Source: Candidatus Dormiibacterota bacterium (GTDB lineage Bacteria > Acidobacteriota > Terriglobia > Acidiferrales > UBA7541). Taken from it: DNA of 32,000 nt. The stretch is taken from contig DATNLZ010000088.1 of NCBI GenBank assembly GCA_035602605.1, positions 97,339-129,338 on the forward strand, in the 5' to 3' direction. Of the stretch, positions 1-8,925 are shown piece after piece; within the stretch, counting starts at the first letter, position 1; the number at the start of each line of letters is the position of its first letter. Both the position numbers and the translations under genes were made by a program. The notes under the pieces are model-generated. The model had not been told where the DNA came from and searched no databases. It saw nothing but the letters and a program-made list of their open reading frames with translations.

Positions 1-1
1 A

Positions 2-337
2 TTACTAATCCTGGTAGCAGGGGCGTCGTTGCTCCTGCAAGTTGCGGACTGCCCATCGGCCAAGACGCCTGACCAGCCGAGCATGCAATGCTGTGGCTCC
101 ATGCCATGCACGCCTACGAACAGGGGCTACGATTGCTGCAAGTCGATGGTTTCCGAGCACGCGCCCAATATGCTTCCATCGGCTCGACTGTCGCTGAACG
201 TACCGGCAGTTGTTGCTGTCGAGCACACCGCAACGCTCGAAATGGCTCGGTCAGTTCCTGTACCTTCGGGGACGGTTGAAGCTCCGCAACATTCGCCTCC
301 GGATCTCTACACGCTTCACGCCTCCCTCCTGATTTAG
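2..337 (+). CDS. Small Cys/Met-rich exported protein, 5' end outside the window; putative metal-binding accessory of the downstream efflux operon
   Basis: The frame is open from base 2 to TAG 335-337. It begins with LLILVAGASLLL, a hydrophobic signal/TM-like segment. Motifs MQCCGSMPC and DCCKSM are present, and third codon positions are GC-rich. It lies on the same strand 146 nt upstream of cusC. No family was recognised by eye. Confidence 0.45.
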   Translation, partial: LLILVAGASLLLQVADCPSAKTPDQPSMQCCGSMPCTPTNRGYDCCKSMVSEHAPNMLPSARLSLNVPAVVAVEHTATLEMARSVPVPSGTVEAPQHSPPDLYTLHASLLI

Positions 338-348
338 ACCCACCTATG

Positions 349-391
349 GGTGTGCGTTCTGCACACCACGTCTCTAGTTCTATCTCTAGTT
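349..391 (+). promoter_or_regulatory. Leader elements between the small ORF and cusC: a 7-bp stem hairpin followed by a tandem 9-bp direct repeat
   Basis: GGTGTGC (349-355), loop gttct, GCACACC (361-367) form a perfect stem 12 nt after the stop codon. TCTCTAGTT occurs at 371-379 and again at 383-391 (12-bp register). The function is inferred only. Confidence 0.25.
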
Positions 392-482
392 AATTTCTCG
401 CTGCTGAGCCAGACGGCCAGAGCGCGATCACACGTCCACTTCAGGTTCTGGAATTCTCAGGGCTTTTCAGGAGGCCAATAAA

Positions 483-1862
483 ATGTCGGCATTGCGCGGC
501 GAAACACCGCAAAACGAATTCTTTGTAGTCCACATTCTCTGCTTTAGCGCACTTCTCGGTTTTTTCGCGCAAGCGCCGGGAGCCGTCGGCCGAGAGCAAA
601 CCGGCGGCTCGGTTCAAGTTGCCTCGCCGCGGCAAGAACATGTGCAGGCTGGAACGGTCACTTCGCTACAGGATTTGCTGACCGAGGCCGAGCAGAACAG
701 TCCGCAGATTCAGGCTGCCCGACAGGGCTGGAAAGCAGCACAGCAAGTTCCGACGCAAGTTTCAACCCTGCCCGACCCACAGTTCCTGTTCCAGCAAGTG
801 AATGTCGGCAGCCCCCGCCCATTTGCGGGATATACGAACAGCGACTTCGCCTACGTCGGCTTGGGCGTCTCGCAGGATTTTCCGTATCCCGGAAAGCTTC
901 GACTCAAAGGTGAGATCGGCAAACGCGACGCCGACGTTTCGCAGCAACAATTTGAATCCGTTCGCCGCTCGGTCCTTGCTGGAGTGAAAGCTGCCTACTT
1001 CCAGCTTGCCTATCTCTCGAAAACCCTTGCGATTCTTGAAAGCGACGGACAACTACTTCAGCAAGTCGAGAAGGCGGCTGACGCACGGTACCGTTCAGGA
1101 ATGGGAAACCAGCAAGACCTGCTCCGCGCCCAGCTTGAACAAACGAAGCTGCTCCGCGAAATAACAATGCATCACCTGGAAGTGGCCAAGTTCCAGGCCC
1201 AGCTCAAACAACTGCTCAACCGTTCCCAGTCTTCACCAGACATAGAACCTGCAGACCTGACCGAAACACCACTCCCGTATTCCTATGAAGAGCTTTTAGC
1301 CGCGACAAACGCGCAGAACCCACAAATCACCGGCGCGGAAAAGATGGTTGAGCGTCAGAAACTGCAAGTCGATCTTGCACACAAGGATTTCTACCCGGAC
1401 TTCAATGTCCAATACATGTGGCAGCGAACCGACCCGAAACAGTTTCGCGCTTACTACATGCTTAGCTTTGGCGTTCGCGTTCCCATTTATCGAAGCCGCA
1501 AACAGCGCCCCGAACTGGCGCAGGCGGAAGCTGAGCTGAATCGCTCCCGCAGTGAGTCTGAAGTTCAGTCGCAACAGGTTGCCTTTGAAGTTCGAAGCGC
1601 ATACGAAACTGAGAAGAAGAGCGCCGAGTTGCTGAAACTTTATCGTGAAGGGCTTCTGCCACAGGCACGTGCAGGATTCCAGGCGGGCATTGCAGCTTAC
1701 CAAAACAATCGTCAAGACCTTCAGGCACTGCTGGCTACGTTTCTCGATGTCCTCCATTTAGACGAGGAGTACTGGAAAAGCATCGCTGAACGGGAGACGG
1801 CATTGGCGCGACTCGAACAATTCACCGGACTGTCGTTGCGCGGCGAAGGGGCGAAGAGATGA
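483..1862 (+). CDS. cusC: TolC-family outer membrane efflux protein (CusC/CzcC-like OMF)
   Basis: 459-aa ORF with AGGAGG 8 nt upstream of ATG 483. It has an N-terminal signal-like segment (HILCFSALLGFFAQA). An internally duplicated OMF-like sequence is visible (LLTEAEQNSPQIQAA / LLAATNAQNPQITGA). The stop overlaps the next start (ATGA at 1859-1862). The gene symbol is assigned from operon context. Confidence 0.85.
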   Translation: MSALRGETPQNEFFVVHILCFSALLGFFAQAPGAVGREQTGGSVQVASPRQEHVQAGTVTSLQDLLTEAEQNSPQIQAARQGWKAAQQVPTQVSTLPDPQFLFQQVNVGSPRPFAGYTNSDFAYVGLGVSQDFPYPGKLRLKGEIGKRDADVSQQQFESVRRSVLAGVKAAYFQLAYLSKTLAILESDGQLLQQVEKAADARYRSGMGNQQDLLRAQLEQTKLLREITMHHLEVAKFQAQLKQLLNRSQSSPDIEPADLTETPLPYSYEELLAATNAQNPQITGAEKMVERQKLQVDLAHKDFYPDFNVQYMWQRTDPKQFRAYYMLSFGVRVPIYRSRKQRPELAQAEAELNRSRSESEVQSQQVAFEVRSAYETEKKSAELLKLYREGLLPQARAGFQAGIAAYQNNRQDLQALLATFLDVLHLDEEYWKSIAERETALARLEQFTGLSLRGEGAKR

Positions 1863-3403
1863 AAACCTATCGCACAGCGTTCTTGCTGGCCCTGATTGGA
1901 AACATCGTGCTCGCGGTCGTTCTCGTTGGGTTGTGGCGCCACGATCGCGCAGCGAAGCCGAAAGCGGATGCGAAAACCGACCGGTCGAATTCTCTCGCGG
2001 AAGATTCTATGACCACTTCCATGGAAGAAGCGCCGCTGGTTCCGGTTCAAATCTCACCGCAACGGTTGCAGAGCATCGGCGTGAAGACCGGCGAAGTCGA
2101 ACGAAAATTCGTCACCGACGAGATTCGCACCACGGGCAACGTCGTCGTGGACGAAACCCGGTTGGCTTACGTCCAGGTGCGATTCTCCGGTTATATCCAA
2201 AAAGTTTTTGCCGATGCCACGTACCAATACGTGCGTAAAGGACAGCCGCTTTTCACAATTTATAGTCCTGATCTTGTAGCAACGGAGCGTGAGTACTTAA
2301 TTGCGAAGCAGAATCAGCAACAAGTCGCCCGGAGCACGGTGCCGGGCGTTGCCTCGAGCGCGGCATCGTTGCTCGACGCTGCTGCCGAGCGTCTCAAGCA
2401 GTGGGGTGTGCCGCAAAAAGAAATCGCCCGGCTCGAATCAACCGGCCAGGTGCAACAGGAACTTGAAGTCGGTGCTCCGGTTTCCGGCTACATCACCGAA
2501 CGCAATGCGCTCCCCAGTGTTGCCGTCCAGCCGGGAATGCGCCTCTACACCATCGCCGATCTTTCGACCGTCTGGGTCCAGGCCCAAGTCTTTCAGGACG
2601 ACCTTGGACGCATCAAGATTGGCGCTCCGGTGACGGTTACCTCGAACACGTATCCGAACCGGACATTCAGTGGCCTTGCGGACTTTATCTACCCGCAGGT
2701 CGAGATGGAGACAAGAACAGCCAAGGTGCGAATGGTCCTTTCGAATCCGGGTCTGCCGCTCAAACCGGGCATGTTCGTCAACGTATCGATAAAAGTGCCG
2801 ATGGGACGGCAACTTGTGATTCCGGCAAGTGCTGTCCTGCAGTCCGGCACTCGCCAGATCGCTTTTGTGGACCGTGGCGGTGGTTATCTGGAGCCTCGTG
2901 ACGTGCAGTTAGGAACTCGTGCCGGCGATGACTTCGTCGTCCTGATAGGCCTCAAGGAAGGCGAGAAGATCGTCATTTCCGCAAACTTCCTCATTGATTC
3001 GGAAAGTCAGCTTCAGGCCGCGCTACGGTCATTTATCCCGCCTCCGCCGGGAGCGGGTGCAGCCTCGACGATGAATACTCCCAAAGCAAATGCGGAACTG
3101 ACCTCAGATCCCAGCCCGCCTCATAAAGGGCGAAACGTTTTTCGGGTGAAACTCACGGATCCGAGTGGCGCGGCAATCTCTGGCGCAGAGGTCAGCGTGA
3201 TATTTTTCATGCCAGCCATGCCAGAGATGGGAATGGCCGCCATGCGTACGCCCGTGACTGTTTCGGAAAAAGGTGCGGGTATCTACGAAGCTTCTGGTCA
3301 GCTGGAGAGCGGCGGAACGTGGCAAGTCACGATCCTGGCCCGGAAAGACGGCCAAACCATCGTGAGCAAACAATTGTCCGTTAACGCCACCGGAGGGATG
3401 TAG
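1859..3403 (+). CDS. cusB: RND efflux periplasmic adaptor (CusB/HlyD family) with a C-terminal Met-rich YtkA/FixH-like domain
   Basis: 514-aa ORF with an N-terminal TM anchor (FLLALIGNIVLAVVLVGLW). MFP motifs include GQPLFTIYSPDLVATEREYL, APVSGYITERN and RLYTIADLSTVWV. The last ~95 aa (nt 3119-3400) read FRVKLTDPSGAAISGAEVSVIFFMPAMPEMGMAAM...GIYEASGQLESGGTWQVTILARKDG, the pattern of YtkA/FixH Ig-like domains. Confidence 0.85.
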   Translation: MKTYRTAFLLALIGNIVLAVVLVGLWRHDRAAKPKADAKTDRSNSLAEDSMTTSMEEAPLVPVQISPQRLQSIGVKTGEVERKFVTDEIRTTGNVVVDETRLAYVQVRFSGYIQKVFADATYQYVRKGQPLFTIYSPDLVATEREYLIAKQNQQQVARSTVPGVASSAASLLDAAAERLKQWGVPQKEIARLESTGQVQQELEVGAPVSGYITERNALPSVAVQPGMRLYTIADLSTVWVQAQVFQDDLGRIKIGAPVTVTSNTYPNRTFSGLADFIYPQVEMETRTAKVRMVLSNPGLPLKPGMFVNVSIKVPMGRQLVIPASAVLQSGTRQIAFVDRGGGYLEPRDVQLGTRAGDDFVVLIGLKEGEKIVISANFLIDSESQLQAALRSFIPPPPGAGAASTMNTPKANAELTSDPSPPHKGRNVFRVKLTDPSGAAISGAEVSVIFFMPAMPEMGMAAMRTPVTVSEKGAGIYEASGQLESGGTWQVTILARKDGQTIVSKQLSVNATGGM

Positions 3404-3404
3404 C

Positions 3405-6400
3405 GTGATCGCCAACTGGATTGATTGGTGCGCTCGAAATCGTTTCCTCGTTGTAATGGGAACACTCCTCCTTGTGCTCTCAGGAGTCTGGGCTCTGCGT
3501 CACATCCCGCTCGACGCGTTGCCAGACATTTCCGATGTGGAAGTGATTATCCACACCCCTTGGACGGGTCAGCCACCCAGCATTATCGAAGACCAGGTGA
3601 CTTACCCCATCGTCACTACGCTTCTTGCCGCACCCCATGTCAAGGCCGTGCGAGCACAAACCATGTTTGGCGACTCCTACGTCTTTGTCGTATTTGAAGA
3701 CAGTACAGATTTGTACTGGGCGCGGTCGCGAGTCTTGGAGTACATGCAACAGATCACAGGACGTTTGCCGGCAGGCGTCCATCCGGTCATCGGGCCGGAC
3801 GCGACCGGCGCAGGATGGGTCTATGAATACGCGCTCGTGGACCATAGCCATCAACGCAGTTTGGCCGACTTGCGCAGCCTTCAAGATTGGTATCTCCGCT
3901 ACCAGCTAGAAACTGTTCCTGGAGTAGCCGAGGTAGCCACCATTGGTGGATTCGTGCGCCAGTACCAGGTCAACCTCGATCCCGAGAAACTTCGTGCCTA
4001 CGGCATCCCTCTCTCGACCGTCATTGAAAAAGTTCGAGCAAGTACAAACGAAGTTGGTGGACGTCTGCTTGAAATGGGTGGGGCTGAATACATGATTCGG
4101 GGACTCGGCTATTTGCGTTCGCTGAGCGATTTAGAAACCGTTCCTGTGACGACCAAGAACGGCACGCCGGTCCTCGTCCGAAATCTCGGGACAGTTACCT
4201 TCGGGCCGGACATCCGCGAAGGTGTTGCAGAGTGGCAAGGCGAAGGGGAAACCGTTGGCGGGATCGTCGTGATGCGCGACGGGATGAATGCCCTCAGCGT
4301 CATCAATGGCGTCAAGCAGAAACTCTTGAACATCAAACCCTCGCTGCCACGCGGTGTCGAAGTGGTAGCTGGGTACGACCGCTCTGGATTGATTCACGCA
4401 TCCATCGAAACGCTGCAACGCGACTTGCTCGAAGAAGCCATTATCGTCAGCATCGTGATCATCATTTTCTTGTTCCACTTCCGTTCGGCGCTAATCCCAA
4501 TTCTGACGCTGCCTATTGCCGTAGTCGCATCCTTCATCCCGATGTACTACCTCCATGTCACGTCGAACATCATGTCGCTCGGCGGTTTAGCCCTAGCCAT
4601 TGGCGTCCTCGTGGACGCCGCCATCGTCATGGTGGAAAACGGATATCGGCACCTTTCCGAGCGGCAATCCTCCGAATCCGCGCCTCTTTCTGAGCCACAG
4701 AGACGGAAGATCCTGTTGGATTCAGCGAAACAAGTGGGTCCCGCTATTTTCTTTTCACTGGTGATCATCGTGGTTTCCTTCCTGCCGGTGTTCTTATTGG
4801 AGGCACAAGAAGGACGCATGTTTCGTCCCCTGGCGTGGACGAAGACCCTGGCCGTTGGCTTCTCCTCCGTGCTGGCTATCACGCTGGTGCCCGTACTCAT
4901 GATCCTTTTTATCCGTGGACGGCTGATACCTGAATCGCGGAATCTAATTTCAAGAATGACCCAGGCTCTTTATTTACCCGTTCTGCGCCTCTGCTTGCGT
5001 TTTCGCAAAACTACCTTGCTCCTGAACTTGATATTTCTCGTCATTACTTTGCCTCTAGCTTTGAAAATCGGCAGTCAATTCATGCCGCCCCTTTCTGAAG
5101 GTTCAGCCCTGTACATGCCGACGGCCCTCCCGGGCATTTCCATCGGGCAAGCCTCGCTTTTGCTGCAGGAGCAGGACCGGATCATCCGCACGTTTCCAGA
5201 AGTTGAGACAGTATTCGGAACGGTAGGACGTTCCGACAGTGCTACCGACAATGCGCCCCTCGATATGTACGACACGACCATAATGCTCAAGCCGCGTAAT
5301 CAGTGGCGAGCGGGAATGACGTACGAAAAGCTCATTCAGGAAATGGACTCGAAACTCCAGTTTCCTGGCTTGTCCAACACTTGGACCATGCCGGTGGAAA
5401 ACCGGCTTGACATGGAATTAACGGGCATCAAAACGCCTCTCGGTCTGAAGATTCAGGGTCCCAATCTTGAAGGCATCCAGCAAGTTGGATCGCAGGTACA
5501 GCAGATCCTCTCGGCCATTCCCGAGATGCGCTCCATTTTTGCCGAGCGCGTTTCGCAAGGTTTTTATCTCAACGTCGAGGTGAATCGTGCAGAGGCGGCT
5601 CGCTACGGTCTGAGCATTGCTGACGTTCAGCAGGTGGTCACTTCGGGAATCGGTGGCGAAATGGTCGCTGAAAACGTCGAGGGCCGCGAGCGGTATCCAG
5701 TGAATGTCCGGTATAACCGCGACTTTCGGGACAACGTCGAAGAATTGCGGCGCGTCCTGATTGGAACGCCCTCTGGCGCGCAGATTCCGGTTTCCGATGT
5801 CGCGAAAATCTCGTTCTCTCGGGGGCCCTCAATGATCCGCGATGAAGACGGCGCGCTGACCGGCTACGTTTACATCGATCTGAACACCAAAGACTACGGC
5901 GGCTTCGTAGCGAAAGCGAGCACCCTACTCAAGCAAAAGCTCTCCCTGCTGCCAGGTTTTACGTACAAATGGTCAGGCGAATACGAGTTTGAGGTGCGCG
6001 CAAAACAGCGCCTGCAAGTAATCCTTCCGATCGTCTTTTTTGTTATCTTCTTGTTGCTGTATATGGTGTTTCACTCCGTCACCGAGGCCGCTGTCCTTAT
6101 TTTCCCGACGATTTACGCACTCACCGGAGGCCTAATCTTGCAGCGCCTGCTAGGCTACAACTTCAGCGTAGCGGTGTGGGCTGGTTACATCGCCTTGTTT
6201 GGAATTGCCGTTGAAACCGGCGTGGTGATGGTCGTGTACCTCCACGAAGCCTTGGATCACCGACTCAACTCCGGCGCCTCACTGCGTCATGAGGACATTG
6301 AAGCAGCAGTAATCGAGGGTGCAGTCCAACGGCTGCGACCAAAGCTCATGACGGTGTGCGTTGTACTGGCAAGCCTGATCCCCATTCTGTGGGAAACAGG

Positions 6401-6566
6401 TGTTGGTTCCGACGTCATGAAACCAATTGCCGCTCCCATGGTGGGCGGCATGATCACATCAACGATTCACGTTTTGATTCTAGTGCCCGTCTTCTTTGCC
6501 TTGATGAAGGAGCGTGCGTTGCGCCGTGGAACATTACTGCCACGAGCGCCGCAGTCGGATTTGTAG
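3405..6566 (+). CDS. cusA: CusA/CzcA-family heavy-metal efflux RND pump, Cu(I)/Ag(I) type
   Basis: 1053-aa ORF with RND topology. GTG 3405 lies one base after the cusB stop. The three Met residues of the E. coli CusA metal site (M573/M623/M672) align here in ALYMPTA, PLDMYDTT and RLDMELTGIKTP. Confidence 0.92.
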   Translation: MIANWIDWCARNRFLVVMGTLLLVLSGVWALRHIPLDALPDISDVEVIIHTPWTGQPPSIIEDQVTYPIVTTLLAAPHVKAVRAQTMFGDSYVFVVFEDSTDLYWARSRVLEYMQQITGRLPAGVHPVIGPDATGAGWVYEYALVDHSHQRSLADLRSLQDWYLRYQLETVPGVAEVATIGGFVRQYQVNLDPEKLRAYGIPLSTVIEKVRASTNEVGGRLLEMGGAEYMIRGLGYLRSLSDLETVPVTTKNGTPVLVRNLGTVTFGPDIREGVAEWQGEGETVGGIVVMRDGMNALSVINGVKQKLLNIKPSLPRGVEVVAGYDRSGLIHASIETLQRDLLEEAIIVSIVIIIFLFHFRSALIPILTLPIAVVASFIPMYYLHVTSNIMSLGGLALAIGVLVDAAIVMVENGYRHLSERQSSESAPLSEPQRRKILLDSAKQVGPAIFFSLVIIVVSFLPVFLLEAQEGRMFRPLAWTKTLAVGFSSVLAITLVPVLMILFIRGRLIPESRNLISRMTQALYLPVLRLCLRFRKTTLLLNLIFLVITLPLALKIGSQFMPPLSEGSALYMPTALPGISIGQASLLLQEQDRIIRTFPEVETVFGTVGRSDSATDNAPLDMYDTTIMLKPRNQWRAGMTYEKLIQEMDSKLQFPGLSNTWTMPVENRLDMELTGIKTPLGLKIQGPNLEGIQQVGSQVQQILSAIPEMRSIFAERVSQGFYLNVEVNRAEAARYGLSIADVQQVVTSGIGGEMVAENVEGRERYPVNVRYNRDFRDNVEELRRVLIGTPSGAQIPVSDVAKISFSRGPSMIRDEDGALTGYVYIDLNTKDYGGFVAKASTLLKQKLSLLPGFTYKWSGEYEFEVRAKQRLQVILPIVFFVIFLLLYMVFHSVTEAAVLIFPTIYALTGGLILQRLLGYNFSVAVWAGYIALFGIAVETGVVMVVYLHEALDHRLNSGASLRHEDIEAAVIEGAVQRLRPKLMTVCVVLASLIPILWETGVGSDVMKPIAAPMVGGMITSTIHVLILVPVFFALMKERALRRGTLLPRAPQSDL

Positions 6567-6709
6567 GGATTCCTCAACTCGCCACCAGCCGCCTTTGAGG
6601 GCTTGGCTCGATACCGACCATTGCCTTTCTTATTTTGCGGGAATAGACTAGGCAACCCTCGAAATCCCCAGAAGCCCCGCGTGTTTAGGATCACGCCAAG
6701 GAGGCGACA

Positions 6710-8203
6710 ATGAAGAACAGTCTGTTCCTCATCGGTTGGTCCGCCCTGGTTATTTTGCCAGCGCTGGCGCTAGCGACGTCGGCCAGCGCCCAAGAGCACC
6801 TCCAAACGAACCCCGACGCCGTTTTCAAGACCCACGTTCGCCACCTCAATTCTGTCGTCAATCTTGAAGCTTCGCGCAAGCAAACGATCCCGCTAGCCAT
6901 AACCCCGGACGCGCTTTTCAGCGGCAACCCTTACGGCGTCGGGCCGACCGTGATGCCCACCACCACGCTGCCGGAAGCGGAGGAACACATCGCAGTCGAT
7001 CCCCTAAATCCTGCGAACCTCGTCACTGCCGTGAGTGACTTCTCGAGCGTTCTCGGCTTCAATACCACTAAGTTTGCATACTCCAATGATGGTGGCGGCA
7101 CGTGGACCGAAAGCTTTATTCCGCTGGATCCATTCTTCGGGTTTTTCCCAGCGACAGGAGATGGATTCCTCTGGTTTGCCAATAGCGACCCCGTCGTGGC
7201 CATCGACCGAGCGGGCAACGTTTATCTGGCAGACCTGTACTTGGACGCGATCGATAATGGGAATGGCTTTTACGTCAGTGTGGGCACTGTGAGCGGAGGC
7301 GCCGGTTCCTTCTCAGTCGCCAATACGCTCCCGGTTATCACCAACCCTGACGCATCGACCCCTTTCCTGGAGGACAAGCCGTGGATCGCCGTGGACAACA
7401 GCAATGATCTTGCGACCACGGGCACGGTTTACGCTGCCTGGTCGCACTTCTTCGACAACGGCACAAATGACTTTATCGCTGTCTCTCACTCGCCGAACCA
7501 AGCCCTCACGTGGACCACTCCCATGCAGGTCAGCCTGCCTGCCCAGAACGGCACGGTGCAGGGTGCACAGTTGGCGGTCGGGCCAAATGGCGAGGTGTAC
7601 GTGGCCTACGAAGTATTTTATACGGGCAACAACCGGCAGCAGTTTCTCGCCAAGTCTACCGACGGCGGCCAAACCTTCACCACGCCGGTTGCAATTACAC
7701 CCGTCTTTAGCGATTTGACTTTCAGCTCAACGTACCGCAAGAACAGCCTCCCCGCCATGGCCGTCAATCCCACCACCGGTGATGTGGTGGTGCTCTACGC
7801 GGCGCAACTTGCGCAGGGAGCGAAGATACAATTTATTATTTCGACCAACGGCGGGGCTGGCTTCTCGAATCCGGTAACCATTAACGACGTCCCCACCGGC
7901 CAGCAATTCATGCCTGCCGTGGCCATCGACTCGGCCGGGGTGATTCACGCCAGCTGGTTCGACACGAGAAATAATCCTGGATCGGCGGCGCAATACGATA
8001 TTTACGCAACGTTTTCGCGCGACCGTGGCGCATCGTTTGCCCCCAATGGTCGGGTCACCTTGTCGCTCATCAACGCAGGCTCCGCGACGTTTATTGGAGA
8101 TTACTCCGGCAATGCCGCCGCAGGTGGCTTCGCCCATCCGGTGTGGACCAGTGGAGGCTTCAACAATGGTCGGCTTCAGACCGCAACGCTGACGACGCCC
8201 TAA
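6710..8203 (+). CDS. Secreted Asp-box (BNR) repeat beta-propeller protein, sialidase-family-like
   Basis: 497 aa, with AAGGAGG 6 nt upstream of the ATG and a signal peptide (LVILPALALATSASA). Four Asp-boxes are present: SNDGGGTW, STDGGQTF, STNGGAGF and SRDRGASF. No FRIP/RIP sialidase motif was seen, so catalytic activity is unassigned. Confidence 0.75.
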   Translation: MKNSLFLIGWSALVILPALALATSASAQEHLQTNPDAVFKTHVRHLNSVVNLEASRKQTIPLAITPDALFSGNPYGVGPTVMPTTTLPEAEEHIAVDPLNPANLVTAVSDFSSVLGFNTTKFAYSNDGGGTWTESFIPLDPFFGFFPATGDGFLWFANSDPVVAIDRAGNVYLADLYLDAIDNGNGFYVSVGTVSGGAGSFSVANTLPVITNPDASTPFLEDKPWIAVDNSNDLATTGTVYAAWSHFFDNGTNDFIAVSHSPNQALTWTTPMQVSLPAQNGTVQGAQLAVGPNGEVYVAYEVFYTGNNRQQFLAKSTDGGQTFTTPVAITPVFSDLTFSSTYRKNSLPAMAVNPTTGDVVVLYAAQLAQGAKIQFIISTNGGAGFSNPVTINDVPTGQQFMPAVAIDSAGVIHASWFDTRNNPGSAAQYDIYATFSRDRGASFAPNGRVTLSLINAGSATFIGDYSGNAAAGGFAHPVWTSGGFNNGRLQTATLTTP

Positions 8204-8925
8204 AACCGGTCAGCCATCTTCAAGGCAAAATGCCGTAAGACCGGTAGCACCGGGAATCCAGGGTGTGCGCCTACGCCTCGTCCTTGCGTAGAAGCGGCCG
8301 GCGGCGCACAGCGCTAGAACGTGGTTCTGCCCGAATGACGCTAGTGCTGGTGTGCTTCTGAGCGACACACGACCACGCAAAAAGTTTGCGCCTGGCAACC
8401 CTGATTCGCCAACAGGGTCGTCAGTCGCGCGACAAATTCACAGACACGGAGTCCGGGAGGGTTTCTTAATTGACTCGCGAAGGTTGCGGTGTGATACCGA
8501 CGAGTTTTTGCGCGTCACAGGTGTTTTTGGTAAGGCTGCTATACAGGTAGCGCCTGCTACCGAGAAACGGTTGTGAAAAACGAATTGTTGCCGGAACGGA
8601 GATCCTTGCCGTAGCCGAGTACGAACTCAAAGCCGCCGAGAAGGCGAATCTTTGTTTGCAGCCCTGTATCTCACAACCATTTGGGCGATCCGAACAATCC
8701 CGATGGGTCGTAGATCTTGCCGCCATCGAGAAACGGCCGAGATGGAAGGGATGTATGCTTCTTTCCCGGGGCAACCCGATGAAGATGTAGGTTCATTTCT
8801 TAGAGACTGCTCGGGGCTCTTTGCTTGAGTCTGCTGCTGTTGCTACGGCAATGCTTGACTCGAGCTCGTTGGCCTTCCTTGTTTCCAAAGCGGACCAATG
8901 CGCGCTATGCACGCGCTCGCTTGAG

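Noticed and set aside
8340-8432. CTGAGC ... ACCCTGAT ... CAGGGT strings faintly resemble the TPP (THI-box) riboswitch core.
   Set aside because: The conserved CTGAGA and the GGATAATGCCAGCG-type P3/P5 elements are missing. The region lies between two convergent gene ends, with no downstream thiamine gene.
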